Source: Octopus bimaculoides
Lineage: Eukaryota
Reading direction: 5' to 3'
Length of the DNA stretch: 64,000 bases
NCBI RefSeq assembly: GCF_001194135.2
Contig: NC_068993.1
Coordinates: 49,478,421 to 49,542,420 of the forward strand
Shown here: positions 13,807 to 26,386 of the stretch, one piece after another
Layout: each line of letters starts with the position of its first letter
How positions within the stretch are numbered: the first letter of the stretch is position 1
Notes under the pieces: model-generated
What the model was told of the DNA's origin: nothing
The model's database searches: none
What the model saw: only the letters and a program-made list of their open reading frames with translations
Position numbers and translations under genes: made by a program

Positions 13807-14916
13807 GTCTATTGATAAAATAAGAAACATTTGAGCAGTTGGGTTGATGTAATCTACTCTTCCTTCCCTTCAAAATTGCTGGGGCCTTGTGTCAGGAATT
13901 AGAAAGAAGTATTATCATGTTTCAAACTGTTTCATGTGAGCTTCTACTGCACCTATAGATACCCCCCTCTATGTTCCTCAGATATATTCTGTTTTGTCTT
14001 TAGGGACTGCAATATTACACATCCTCATTCTTCTTTGTATTACAGTACTTCATGATTCAGTCAATCTGATGAAAATACTAGATAAATGATCGGTATCCAC
14101 AATTAGCATATCACATCAATTGACTTTGTTAATGATTTCTCTGAGATTGATGAAATAACTCCCTGATTAATTCAATGGGTCTGTTACATTGATTTAAAGA
14201 ATTTGGCCTTGCACCTGGCCAATCCAAATAAACCATTACAGTGGTCATTGTTGATACTTCATTGAGTATTTTGTTCTTATATACCTCATCTGTTCCTATA
14301 CATTCCATTTGCTTCTCAATATTCAGGTTATGACACTAGGATTGTGTAAACTAACATCACCCATACACTGATGTCCCTTTAGGAAAATTGATTCTTTGGT
14401 ATCAATTGGTTATTGAACTTTGCCGTCGAATAAGCAGAAATGCTACACTACTGGACTTAAATATTCTTGGATATTTATTTCTATCTTCATTTCAAATCAT
14501 TCTATGTACAAGCAGACTTCAGTGGTCTAATGAAGTGAATTATTTATTATATGTATTGAGAATAACTTTTAGTTTGTATACACAAATGTTAAGATGGTCA
14601 CATATACACCCATATGTATATCATCATTTCATATTTGTGCCCCATGCTAGCATATATAACAATACCCAAAAGATTAATAAAGGAGAAAAAAATACAGTAG
14701 AAAAATGGTAAAAGGATTTGCCTTTTACCATTTTTGCCTTATGAAATTTGCCTTATGAAATACAATATTATTCAATATAATGCTGACACTCAAAACTTAA
14801 GCATTTTCTGGGATTGCTGTTTAGATCAAATGTTCTTACATAGTAAAAATTTACAAGTGTTGTCCCTGGTCCAACTTTGCTTACTTATAATAAATGTGTT
14901 TCATATCTATGTAAAG

Positions 14917-15044
14917 AATTATGAATTATTCTAAAATATATTTATTTCTTATTCATTTCAGGTAAGTATTACCTAACCTGACAGTTTTATGTTCTTCGGT
15001 AATTGTAAAAAATTGAAAAGTATTGGAAAATTTGAGAGGTAAGT
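14917..15044 (+). promoter_or_regulatory. Candidate recursive splice site (3'ss AG 14960-14961 abutting 5'ss GTAAGT 14962-14967) with a 77-nt RS-exon ending at GAG|GTAAGT (15038/15039)
   Basis: tttatttcttattcatttcAG|GTAAGT with no other AG in the 43 nt upstream; a second consensus donor 77 nt downstream; stop codons in all three frames within the first 20 nt. Confidence 0.5.
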
Positions 15045-15589
15045 GTTTCTCTGTGGAATAAACAAATATTTATTACACTGTCAATTGCATCATCAGCAGT
15101 TCCCCATACATTATTTTGGATGTCTTTGAAAAAGAGAATATCAAATATATTCCTTTGCTATTTTTTCATCAGTAGCTTTCTTGATGAACTTCAGTTATTA
15201 ACGTCGGTTATTTATTAGTATTTACTTTATTACTTCTTAACTTCTAATTAGTGGGCAACCATTTTCTTTTGATTAGTTCTTGCTGATATCTTCTAAGATG
15301 AATATTTTAAAGCATTTTGCCTGTTTGTATATCTTTATCTATCTCTATATCTTATTTGTTTTTCTGTCTGTCTGTTTTATTTACCTGTCACCTACATGTT
15401 TTGAACAAAAATTTTGCCTAAGTTTAACAAGCTTTTATCTCTCTTCCAGTTCGTTTTTGTAGTTTCAAATATCGATTCCCTTATTACAAACATTTAAAAT
15501 CCCTATTACACTAGCTTGTTAAATGTGGCCCAAAACAAATTTACCTCTTGTTAGGATATTAATTAGATGGTCATTATTCAAGTGAGGAT

Positions 15590-15845
15590 GCCTAGCCTAG
15601 CCTAGTAGTTAGGGTGTGGCACTCACAATCGCAAGATCATGGTTTCAATTCCTAGACTGTGTGGTGTGTTGTGTTCTTGAGCAAAATACTTCATTTCACA
15701 TTGCAATCACTTTGACACCTGTTGCATGGTATACTGTGCACCTGGTCAAGCAACTTCGATTTGATAGAGTGAGTGAGCTAATGCACAGCACATACATTTG
15801 ATCACAATAAACAAATCATTTGTGCAGGTCGTTTGGCAAAAGCGT
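15590..15845 (+). mobile_element. SINE family D
   Basis: tRNA-like head gcctagtagttagggtgtggcactcacaatcgcaagatcatggtttcaattcct followed by tgtgttcttgagcaaaatacttcatttcac, shared with 34308. Confidence 0.75.
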
Positions 15846-16339
15846 CTTTGACAGGAGAGTCCATCATTCATGTTTACAGAATTAAAGCAGAGTTAGAAAA
15901 TTTAATCAAGAACTTAACATAATGCCTACTGTGGAACAGTTAATCCATGATCCATGTTTTAAGCATCTTTGCCACAAATTCTCATAGCAAGCATTTCATC
16001 CACTCAATCAGGGTATCTTTTTGAAACAGAAGTTATACATTATAATTTGAGTCTATATAAGTGATACATGAGCCCAATGGCCTGAATGAGGTTCAACTTT
16101 AGGTGTCCTGATGTTGTTAGAATATCAGTTTGCTTACACGAATATTGGATGGAAGCTTACGCTGGATGCTAGGAGTCACTTTCTGTGAAACACACACACA
16201 GAGGTAGAATGGTATAAAATCTTAGCCATCATTCGCAAATGAGTGTGACTTGGTAGCATGTGCCATGTTTCACTGATTGTTTTAGGTGCCTATATTGTAA
16301 TGAGCCAATATAGACACCCCTTAGGCGCTTGCACCTATA

Positions 16340-16545
16340 ATCCAGTGGAATATGAAAATGTGATAGTTGGATCCAGAAAGAGCTGCACCAGAACTTGGCT
16401 GGCTTACATTTTCAGTTGAGTTGACTGAAGTAGCATGAAATGAAGTGCCTTGCTCAAGCGCTCAACACACTACCTGGTCCAAGAATGGAACCCACAACTT
16501 TATGAACATGAGCCTACAACCCTAACCCCCAAGGCCACATGCCTA
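16340..16545 (-). mobile_element. SINE family D, diverged
   Basis: gaaatgaagtgccttgctcaag...ggtccaagaatggaaccc...ccctaaccccca is the reverse complement of the family D head. Confidence 0.65.
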
Positions 16546-17080
16546 CACCCCCCCACATCCCCCCACACACACACACTTCACATCTGTTTTCCTTTGCTAT
16601 TATAGCCTAGCTTATTCATTTGCATGAATTGTTGTAGCAAATAGTTTATAACTGAATGTTCTGCATACCACTAATAACTCATCGGTTAAGTGGGAGTTAT
16701 TATGTATTTTTAGCTGAGCTACAGAGTGATGAAGCATGTGGGTGGTTACATTTTTCTCCAAGTGCTTAAGACTAAATGTGCTTGTATAGTATTAGGTGCT
16801 ACCTACAGTAGTATCTGAATCCATTATTTCGTACCCCAACATTCTAAACCATTTAACCATTCATGCAGTTCAGTAAAGCTCTTGTCTTAGGACAGTAATT
16901 ATTTCACGAGAGAGAACCTCAAAGAAAGGTGACTCTGATTAATCTAAGTTTTCATTTTGAGTTGTTGTTACTGGCATTGCAATTGTTATAAGCTTAGGGT
17001 AACAGTATTGGGGTTCAAATTTTTGTTTGGTTGATATAGTTATTTATCAAAGTCTGCATTTGAAGCTTACACTAATATTC

Positions 17081-17313
17081 TCTTTACTTTCTACTCTTTT
17101 ACTTGTTTCAGTCATTTGACTGCGGCCATGCTGGGGCACTGCCTTTAGTCGAGCAAATCGACACCAGGACTTGTAAGCCTGGTACTTATTCTATCGGTCT
17201 CTGTTGCCGAACCGCTAAGTTACGGGGACGTGAACACACCACCATCGGTTGTCAAGCAAAGTTGGGGGGACAAACACAGACACACAAACATACACACACA
17301 CACACACACACAA

Positions 17314-17362
<49 letters not shown>

Positions 17363-17522
17363 TACGACGGGCTTCCTTCAGTTTCCGTCTACCAAATTCA
17401 CTCCCAAGGCTTTGGTCGGCCCAAGGCTATAGTAGAAGACACTTGTCCAAGGTGTCATGCAGTGGGACTGAACCCGGAACCATGTGGTTGGTAAGCAAGC
17501 TACTTACCACACAGCCACTCCT
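17081..17522 (-). mobile_element. SINE family A, complete gap-free copy
   Basis: Full head, core, (TA)n/(CA)n spacer and tail; best reference copy in the window. Confidence 0.95.
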
Positions 17523-17587
17523 ATGCTTATATCATCACTTGCACATGCAATGAATTGCTCTTCTGAGAAACAAACTAGATTGATGGA

Positions 17588-17616
17588 GTCTCTCTCTCTC
17601 TCTCTCTCTCTTTCTT

Positions 17617-17665
<49 letters not shown>
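17588..17665. repeat. (CT)n polypyrimidine microsatellite running into a gap
   Basis: Direct reading. Confidence 0.95.
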
Positions 17666-18263
17666 NNNNNNNNNNNNNNNNNNNNNNNNNNNNNNNNNNN
17701 NNNNNNNNNNNNNNNNNNNNNNNNNNNNNNNNNNNNNNNNNNNNNNNNNNNNNNNNNNNNNNNNNNNNNNNNNNNNNNNNNNNNNNNNNNNNNNNNNNNN
17801 NNNNNNNNNNNNNNNNNNNNNNNNNNNNNNNNNNNNNNNNNNNNNNNNNNNNNNNNNNNNNNNNNNNNNNNNNNNNNNNNNNNNNNNNNNNNNNNNNNNN
17901 NNNNNNNNNNNNNNNNNNNNNNNNNNNNNNNNNNNNNNNNNNNNNNNNNNNNNNNNNNNNNNNNNNNNNNNNNNNNNNNNNNNNNNNNNNNNNNNNNNNN
18001 NNNNNNNNNNNNNNNNNNNNNNNNNNNNNNNNNNNNNNNNNNNNNNNNNNNNNNNNNNNNNNNNNNNNNNNNNNNNNNNNNNNNNNNNNNNNNNNNNNNN
18101 NNNNNNNNNNNNNNNNNNNNNNNNNNNAATAAATAGTTAATGTTTATTTATATAGTCTTATGGTCTTCTCTCTTCCCCACTTCCTATTGTTGCGGCACCC
18201 TTATCAACATAATCCTTTGACATCTGTATCTTTTTTGTAAGATTTCAGCCTTACTATATAATG

Positions 18264-18301
<38 letters not shown>

Positions 18302-18564
18302 TCTAAAATTGTCTCTGATCTTAGATTTCTTCTTTTAATTTTCTAACCAAACAACAGGAACCCACAGTAAAGGGTGGGTGGGGGGACCTGTCATGGTTGT
18401 TTTTGTTGATATTTTGTTATAATCAATCCTTTTCACTACTGCACGTACCCACACAAACATTTTGTGTTTATCAATTTCAGTTATGAAAATAAACTTTATA
18501 CAAGATGTTTTATGAATTACTAATTATGCCTACCAAAGGAATATATACATCACGAGCCAACTAA

Positions 18565-18772
18565 AGGGCCTCTACATGGTTTGCACAATCTTCAAGAAGT
18601 AGCAACCAAATGTCTCTCAAACCACACTCTGCCATCTTGGAAAGAGAGAGAGAGAGAGACACTTTGACCAGTAGCGCTAAACATACAAAATGACAGGCTG
18701 GTTCCATGGCTGGATTGCTTTTGATCGTGGGTCTAATCAGTTCAGCCTGACCTGGGGCTGAACAACTATAAG
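18565..18772 (+). mobile_element. Interspersed repeat family E
   Basis: gcctctacatgg...agtagcaaccaaatgtctctcaaaccacac...ttttgatcgtgggtct...cagcctgacctggggctgaacaac; shared with 21470, 28632 and 51255. Confidence 0.7.
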
Positions 18773-20153
18773 CATGCAGAAATACACACACACACACACA
18801 AACACATGCAAGCATATAAAATTAGATAAATCTATTGCTTTCTATAATTGCATGAAACACAAAATTATTCAATTACTCTTATTGTTTGTAATGTTGGTTT
18901 CTGATTGAATTAATCTGCTGCAGATAACATTTAATAACTGTTTCCCCTTCTCCCTCCCTGTATGCCACATCATGTCCCAGTGATTAGAATACAGTCATTT
19001 ACTAGTTCAACTACAAAGGACACCTAAATCTCTTAAGTGCTTAATGCTAAGATTAGTGAAGCTCAATGATTATAATACAACATTATCCAAACTCAATCCG
19101 TAGTTGTCAATTCTTGCTGTCGTCTTTGTGGAGAGAGTGTTTGGGCATTTCATTCTGACTTCTTTTCATGTGGCTCCATAATACTAATGTCTGATGTTAG
19201 TTACTGAAAAAGTATTTCGCTCAACTGTTTGATTGCTTATATGAGTATATAAGAGTACTTAGCAACAGTCAACCTGTTTTAAATCTGACCATTTGTCAAT
19301 ATAGTTCCACAATAAACTTTAATGTAATTCTAACAGCTAGCAAAAGGAGAAAGTGACTGAAGAAGTAAAATTACTTAAAATAGAATAAGAACTACAGAAA
19401 TAATCAATGCACAATCATCATTAAAATTTTAGCCACCTTAAAATCAAGATTACGTTGTTGAAGTTTAATTATAATGATGTCTTTACCATTTTAATCATTT
19501 TTCTTTTTTTTGTGACAAAACCAAGGCTTCATTTTAGACCAGATACTTTGTATGCCTGGGTTGACTTGGGGAGAAATCTTTAGAAATCCTTCAATTCACA
19601 GTTCTAGTGTTACTTTTCTAATCAGACTATCTTTCAGTCGAAAGCATCTGCTCTTATCTTGTTCCGTCATGTCTGTTCCATTCCTATCACCCCTGTCATG
19701 CATCTCTTCTTCACCCTTTTATTCTGCAGTAAATTCTATATTTCTTCCTCATATGTACAGCTCTTAAATTACTAAGCTAAACGACCTAATCTCCAGGAGG
19801 GCTTACAACATACTAAGAAAGAAAAGTGTTCCCAAATCACTCAACAAGAAGATTAAAAAAATAAATTCATTAATGGTACCATTCGTAAGCTATAAAGACT
19901 GATAGTTATAGTAGCTGCGTTATAATTCTAAAAACTTGGTTACAGGTAAATTAATGCCATTAGTATCATAGTAACCACCTGATGACAAAATATCCTTCAC
20001 CCACACCTGAGATACTGAAAAGAATTGGAAGAGTACTTTTGTCAGGAGACTTTGCTTGCAATAGCGAAAATGTAATTGTTTTTCAGAGTTGCACTTGTTT
20101 GGCAAGTGGATGGGTTCCTAAGAGAAAACCACTAACTCATAGTGTTTTCTCTC

Positions 20154-20201
<48 letters not shown>

Positions 20202-21227
20202 TCTCCCTCATAAACACATACAAACACACACACATACACATAGACTCTCTCTCTCTCTCTCTCTCTCTCCCCTCTCTGTCCTTAACTCTCAGTAAAAAGA
20301 CAGGAAGCAGAACATTACTCTATAATAACTACAACATGAGAAAGCTACTTTCTTCTGTATACATTTCCATTCCCCCCCACTCATCTGCCNNNNNNNNNNN
20401 NNNNNNNNNNNNNNNNNNNNNNNNNNNNNNNNNNNNCCTCGTTCGGCCCTCCTTCCTTTCAGCCCACCAACAGGCTTTTTTCCTTGGTGACTCTTTATTT
20501 TCCATTAAGCTTGTTATGTTAGAAATGTCTTGCAAGAATTCCAACACTTGTGTTTTACTGGAGTTATTTAATATCCTGCTAACTTGAGCTTTGTTATGTT
20601 TTCACTTCTATTTTTTAATCATTTTGTTTTCATTCTTTTGTGCAGTGATTCTCTTCTTTCTTTCTTTTCTTCTGTCATTTTCTCCTCTTCGTTCCTTTCT
20701 TCTCATTTTCTTTCTTTCAATCATCTATATTCTTTCTCCCAAAAGCAAATTGTAGATAAATTCCTATAAAGTATACATACATTTGTATGTGTATGTATGT
20801 GTGTGTGTGAGAGAGAGAGAGAGAGAATTTATGTATGTACACACTTATGTATGTATGATTATATATTATTATTTATATGTCTAACTAGAATGTGAAAATA
20901 TTGCAGAAGAATAAACTAAAGGGAATATTACCTTGTATTTGTAATGTGTGTTTTGTGTGTTTGCTTGTAGACATGGATGAACTCACCCTCACCACACACA
21001 TGTTTTGTCTGCCTGTCTATCTGTACCTTTGAGAACACACACACTAAAAAAAAAAAAAAATGAAAAAGAAAAAAAAGGTGGAGTTAAGGCTTGATTAGAC
21101 TCTTCATATTTTAAGTGGTGAAATAATTGAGGAATGCGATTTGAGGCGGGTGATGAAAGAGGATGGAAAGAACCGGTCAAAAATGTGTATAATGTTTGTC
21201 ACTGAACAACAAAATATTCAGTACCTC

Positions 21228-21289
21228 TTTCTCTCTCTTTCTCTCTCTGTCTCTCTCTCTCTTTCTCTCTCTGTCTCTCTCTCTCTTTC

Positions 21290-21322
<33 letters not shown>
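21228..21322. repeat. (CT)n array with about 20-bp higher-order period (CTCTCTCTTTCTCTCTCTGT)
   Basis: The TT and GT interruptions recur at regular spacing. Confidence 0.85.
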
Positions 21323-21323
<1 letters not shown>

Positions 21324-21469
21324 AACTCTTTGTCAATCTCAAATACATAGTTTAGTTCCAGATTTAGAATTGTTAAATTGATGAGTGTTGAATCATTTGT
21401 TGGTCAGATAATATTTTCCCCAGATATGATATTTTCACTACAAACTAGGTTGTAGTCAATGAGGGAGAC

Positions 21470-21700
21470 TCTATGTGGCCACTTGGGTTTGCTAGAAATA
21501 GCAGCTAAATGTCTCTACAATCACAATCACATCCTGTCATTGAAATTAAAAAAAAAAAAGAAAACAACAATAACAACAAACTGGGCAGATACATTGAATA
21601 ATATAGTCCTCGATAAAATTTCAGAATAAAGAGAGAATGTGTGTCTAGAATTACTTTGATCATAAGTCTGGTCAATCAAGACTGCCCAGCGGCAAAACAA
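21470..21700 (+). mobile_element. Interspersed repeat family E
   Basis: ctctatgtggccacttgggtttgctagaaatagcagctaaatgtctc core and ttgatcataagtctggtcaatcaagactg tail. Confidence 0.7.
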
Positions 21701-21711
21701 CATAGTTATCT

Positions 21712-21727
21712 ACTGCTGCTACTACTG

Positions 21728-21771
<44 letters not shown>
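21712..21771. repeat. (CTA/CTG)n microsatellite
   Basis: Direct reading. Confidence 0.95.
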
Positions 21772-21773
<2 letters not shown>

Positions 21774-22110
21774 AGCTTAGGTATATTAGAATTTGATTTT
21801 ACTTACAAATACTCTGAAATGACTGCAGATGATATGAACTCACAGGCCCGTTCAGTATTTTAGCCGTCTGGTCCCCAGAGAAAAGTTTGATACTTAGAAG
21901 ACAATTCTGTCATATAGACTGGTGATCCATCCAGGGGAACTTGTGTCACGTTTAGCACTGTGCTGACTAGAGAAAAGAACTGGCCAATTAGACTGCAGGG
22001 GTTTGTGAAGGATGATGATAATAATTATGTAATTTAGGTATAAGGAAGGCAATTTTAGGGTTATGATTTAGACTCTCAGCCAGGGTCCATATATAAGAAT
22101 TTGGTGTTAA

Positions 22111-22316
22111 CCCTTTAGCATTTAAACCAGCCATATCCAGCTCAAATATTCTTCTTGTTTCATATCCAAACTGACCATTTCCAGCCTCTCACATCTACCT
22201 TACAATGTCTTTCTAAAAAAGACAATCATATCATTGAAGTCTCAAAGCTATGTGACAATGCAAAAGTAATTCAAACTAATGTGCATATATAAAACAGTAA
22301 TCTGAACACTAAAGGG
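22111..22316. mobile_element. piggyBac-like MITE (206 bp) with TTAA target-site duplication
   Basis: TTAA|CCCTTTAGCATT ... AACACTAAAGGG|TTAA; a second, inverted copy lies at about 59170-59337. Confidence 0.85.
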
Positions 22317-22529
22317 TTAAAGCTTATGCTTATACTTCTACAATACAAAAAATAGTCTAACAATTTTTTTTTATACAATTCCTAATAATATTTAATTAGA
22401 AAAATACAGTAGGATTTTTTAAAGATCAAATGGCTGTGGGGTCCATCTGAGTAATATAGGAATCAACGGGGTCTGTAGGTAAAAAAGAAAAAATGGCTGA
22501 GAACCACCGGTTTAGATAACTACAACCCT

Positions 22530-22671
22530 AGTATTTGAGCAGTACTTTATTGACCATGGAGGAATGAAAGTTGCCTCAGCAAAATTTGAGTCCAGAACAC
22601 AAAGAGCCAGAACAAATACTTGCAATGCATTTTGTCAAACCCTGTAATGATTCTGCCATTCTGCCACCTTC

Positions 22672-22710
<39 letters not shown>

Positions 22711-23150
22711 CATGGTTTCAAATTTTTTCGCAAGGGTAGCAATTCTGGGAGAGGGGATGTGTTGATTACGTTGACCCCAGTGTTAAACTGGTACTTATTT
22801 CATTGACCCCGAAAGGATGAAAGGCAAAGTCAACCTCAGCAGAATTTGAACTCAGAATGTAAAGATGGACAAAATGCTGCTAAACATTTTGCCTGGCATG
22901 CTAACTATTCTGCCAGCTCACCACCTTCAATAATAATAATAATAATAATAATTTTCTGATGTAGGTGCAAGGTTGGCGGGGGGTTGTGAAGAGGGGTTAG
23001 TCAATACTATTGATTTCCAATACTTTATTTTCTTTTGTTGTACTTTATTTTATCGAGGCCAAAGGAATGAAGAGCATAGTTGATCTCGGTAGAATATGAA
23101 TTTAGAATGTAAGAGTTGAAAGAAGTACTGCAAAGCATTTTATTCAACAA
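22530..23150 (-). mobile_element. Three head-to-tail copies of SINE family C separated by (AAT)n
   Basis: Each carries tactttattgacc..gaa.gatgaaaggcaaagt..acctc.gc.gaatttgaactcagaa; minus-strand head GGTGAGCTGGCAGAAT.GTTAG with box B-like GAGTTCAAATT; (AAT)n at 22672-22710 and 22928-22951. Confidence 0.85.
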
Positions 23151-24104
23151 TTTCTGCTCTATATTAGACTGTAAAGAAAATTAATTCCCCAATATTTGGG
23201 GTGGTTAAGGTAGGAAGAATGTTTTTGACTGGGCTCTACACTTCCCACCCAGTGAATCTATCCAATAACACTACTCAAAATGTTGAACCAATGAAGGAAC
23301 TTCTATATAAGGCAAGTTGATCTGCTAGAATTAAGAGTCAGCTCTCCCTCAAATCACATACTACAACTTCAAAATATCAGACACATTGAATGGATGTACA
23401 GGTGACACAACACTGTAAAAAATAATAATTTTGGGAACCATCAAGCGGGTAACAAATATATTTCTCTCCTCAGGAATGTTTTCACTTGTAACAGGTTTTC
23501 AAACAATTCTACAACCCACTGTAAAGCGATCTGGATGGTTTACTATTTTACTCGCTTGAAGAAGTTTACCTACCTCATGGACATTGAACAATGAGGTTCT
23601 CTTAATTATGTATAAATCTATAGATAAAAATAGCAGACTGATTTCAAGTATAATTAATGACCTCAATTCAACAGACAAAATCTAAAGGTTCCAGCTGACC
23701 TACTTTATAACACTTACATACACCTTAATGGTGCGTGTAGGGGGTTATTCTTTTCACTAGATTCAAAATCAGCCCACCCAGAAACATTGGGTAGGAACAT
23801 TCCAATCAATTCTAAAATACAGCTGGGACTTATTTAATAATTAGTAATTATTTAATAAAGAGGAGAAGATTGAAGACAAAATATTACCCTAATGGGGGTT
23901 TAAACTTTGGAATAAGGGGTTAGAAAATGGATACTAAAAAGCAACTTGTCCTACATGAAACTTTTTGTTTTTTTCTGCATTATTTAATAGGAGGCAGAGA
24001 TAAAAATTCTGATCTTTGCACCCCCCTCACAGGTTTGAACTGGCACAAAGTGAAGCCAGCCTAGATGATGTGTCCTCATGTTGTCTAGTGCTTTAACAAT
24101 TCTT

Positions 24105-24515
24105 ATTTCTTTATTGCCCACAAGGGGCTAAACATAGAGGAGACAAACAAGGACAGACAAAGGAATTAAGTTGATTACATCGACCCCCATTGCGTAACTG
24201 GTACTTAATTTACCGACCCTGAAAGGATGAAAGGCAAAGTCAACCTCAGTGGAATTTGAACTCAGAATGTAACGGCAGACTAAATACTGCTAAGCATTTC
24301 ACCTGGCTTGCTAACGTTTCTGCCAGCTTACCACCATTTTAACAATTGCTTTAACGATTCTGCCAATCCATTGTTATAGAATGACACTTCAATTATTGAC
24401 CCTGGAGGTGTGAATGGCAAAATTGACCTCAGCAGGATTTCAACTCAAATGTACAGGGAGCTGAAACAAATACTGTGAGGTGGTCTTTCTAATGCTCTGA
24501 CAATTCTGCTAGTTA
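24105..24515 (-). mobile_element. Two tandem SINE family C copies, the first with a variant tail
   Basis: Same gaaaggatgaaaggcaaagtcaacctc core as the 22.7-kb copies. Confidence 0.8.
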
Positions 24516-24791
24516 ACTTTTTTTATATCATTAATGTTGTTATCAGTCGTCATCACTTTTACATCTATTATTTCCATATTGGCATACTTTGGACGAGAGT
24601 TATTGTGGTAGCACTCTACAGCTGGATGCCCTTCCTGTTGCCAACCTTTGTTTCTGAAGTAAGCTATTTTCATTCCACTGGTTTTCACTTAAAACTGAAA
24701 ACTAACAAAACCATTGTACTATAAAATGTATTATTAAAAAATGTTAACAGGAGACATAAATACATCATCACCATCATATATATATATATAT

Positions 24792-24950
24792 ACGACAGGC
24801 TTCTTTCAGTTTCCATCTACCCAACCCACTCACAAGACTTCAGTCAGCTTCAGGCTATAGTAGAAGACACTTGCCCAAGGTGCCACATGGTAGGACTGAA
24901 CCCGGAACCATTTGGTTGGTAAGCAAGCTACTTACCACACAGCCACTCCT
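24792..24950 (-). mobile_element. SINE family A, head half ending at (TA)n
   Basis: Near-identical to the head half of 17081-17522. Confidence 0.9.
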
Positions 24951-25436
24951 GCACATATACAAATATAAACCGAAGCTTCTTGAATCCTTACTCTGAGTTT
25001 CTGGTTACCATTATTCTAATGAATTGCTTGAATAATCAGTTACTTGAAACTCAGAGTGACAATTCAATAACTTCTCTTACATATATGTGTATCTAGAAGC
25101 TGTAAATTCAAACATTCACCAGTCCACACATGCATATACACACACTTACACATCTATCCATCATTGTACATACATGTACATGCATATATATATATACAAA
25201 CACACACTTGCTGCACTAATTATCTGTATTTGTATAAAGATGGTTTTAGTCACAGACACAGAAAGGTCAAAGGTCTCTTTTTTTTTGTTTGTCTGTCTTC
25301 TGTCTGTCTCACTTTCTCTGTCACACACACACACACAAACTACATTAGTGAGTGTTTGATAAGAAAAACAGCATTAAATCATCAATCTAACGTTAAATGG
25401 TGCATTATTCATGGAGCACATATAGATTTATATACG

Positions 25437-25583
25437 TGGCCTTAGGAAGGGCATCCAGCTGTAGAAACTCTGCCAGATCAGATTGGAGCCTGGTGCAGCC
25501 TTCTGGCTTACCAGTCCTCAGTCAAATCGTCCAACCCATGCTAGCATGGAAAGCGGACGTTAAACGATGATGATGATGATGAT
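25437..25583 (+). mobile_element. SINE family B, 3' part with (GAT)n tail
   Basis: ttaggaagggcatccagctgtagaaactctgccagatcagattggagcctggtgcagc...ccaacccatgctagcatggaaagcggacgttaaacgatgatgat; also at 30974, 40225 and 44815. Confidence 0.9.
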
Positions 25584-25599
25584 GTATGCCTTTTACCTT

Positions 25600-25906
25600 T
25601 CAGGGGCATGACCTTGAATTCGTAGTTGAACAAGTCACCCCCAGTACTTATTTCTTTTCAAAGCATGGTACTTAGCCAAACAGTCAAGTCACAGGGACAT
25701 AAACACACCAACACTGGTTGTCGAGCAGTGGTGGAGGTTAAACACAAACAGATATATGTATACATATATATGCACAACGGGCTTCTTTCAGTTTCCTTCT
25801 GCAAAATCCACTCACAAGGCCATTGTAGAAGACACTTGCCCCATATGCCACCCAGTGGGATTGAACCCTGGTTGGGAAGCAAGCTGCTTATCACACAGCC
25901 ACGCCT
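25600..25906 (-). mobile_element. SINE family A, diverged with internal deletions
   Basis: gggcttctttcagtttcc...cactcacaagg...gtagaagacacttgccc...cacacagccac. Confidence 0.8.
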
Positions 25907-26217
25907 GTACCTGTTAATAATTTGATCCAATATACAATATATATATAATACATGTATATATATATATATATGTATGTATGATCTTGCTTTAGTCACAGAC
26001 TGCAGTCATGCCTTGAAGGGTTTTGTTGATCACAGTGACCCCCCCCCCCNNNNNNNNNNNNNNNNNNNNNNNNNNNNNNNNNNNNNNNNNNNNNNNNNNN
26101 NNNNNNNNNNNNNNNNNNNNNNNNNNNNNNNNNNNNNNNNNNNNNNNNNNNNNNNACCAGCATCGCTTGTCAAACACAGACACACATATCCACCTGTCTG
26201 TCTCTCTGTCTGTTTAT

Positions 26218-26219
26218 CC

Positions 26220-26261
<42 letters not shown>

Positions 26262-26277
26262 TCGTCTGTCTGCCTGT

Positions 26278-26317
<40 letters not shown>
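26218..26317. repeat. (ATCT)n microsatellite
   Basis: Direct reading. Confidence 0.95.
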
Positions 26318-26386
26318 TTCTCTCTCTCACTCACTCTCTACCTATTTACACATGCATGCACACGGGTGCAAGTACACACACACACA

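Noticed and set aside
14130-14330. Minus-strand 66-codon open frame LNIEKQMECIGTDEVYKNKILNEVSTMTTVMVYLDWPGARPNS...
   Set aside because: Only a vague resemblance to Gypsy linker regions; no start codon or splice support.
20007-20117. Minus-strand 111-nt exon candidate (EPIHLPNKCNSEKQLHFRYCKQ...)
   Set aside because: Good acceptor but weak donor (CAG|gtgtgg); phase 0 does not fit the phase-1 upstream candidates; no homology recognised.
21115-21190. Plus-strand peptide GEIIEECDLRRVMKEDGKNRSK after ttttaag
   Set aside because: No credible donor site; short enough to be chance.
22545-23150. Repeat-spacer-like periodicity suggesting a CRISPR array
   Set aside because: The units are tandem SINE copies with microsatellite tails in a eukaryotic context; no cas genes and no constant short repeats.
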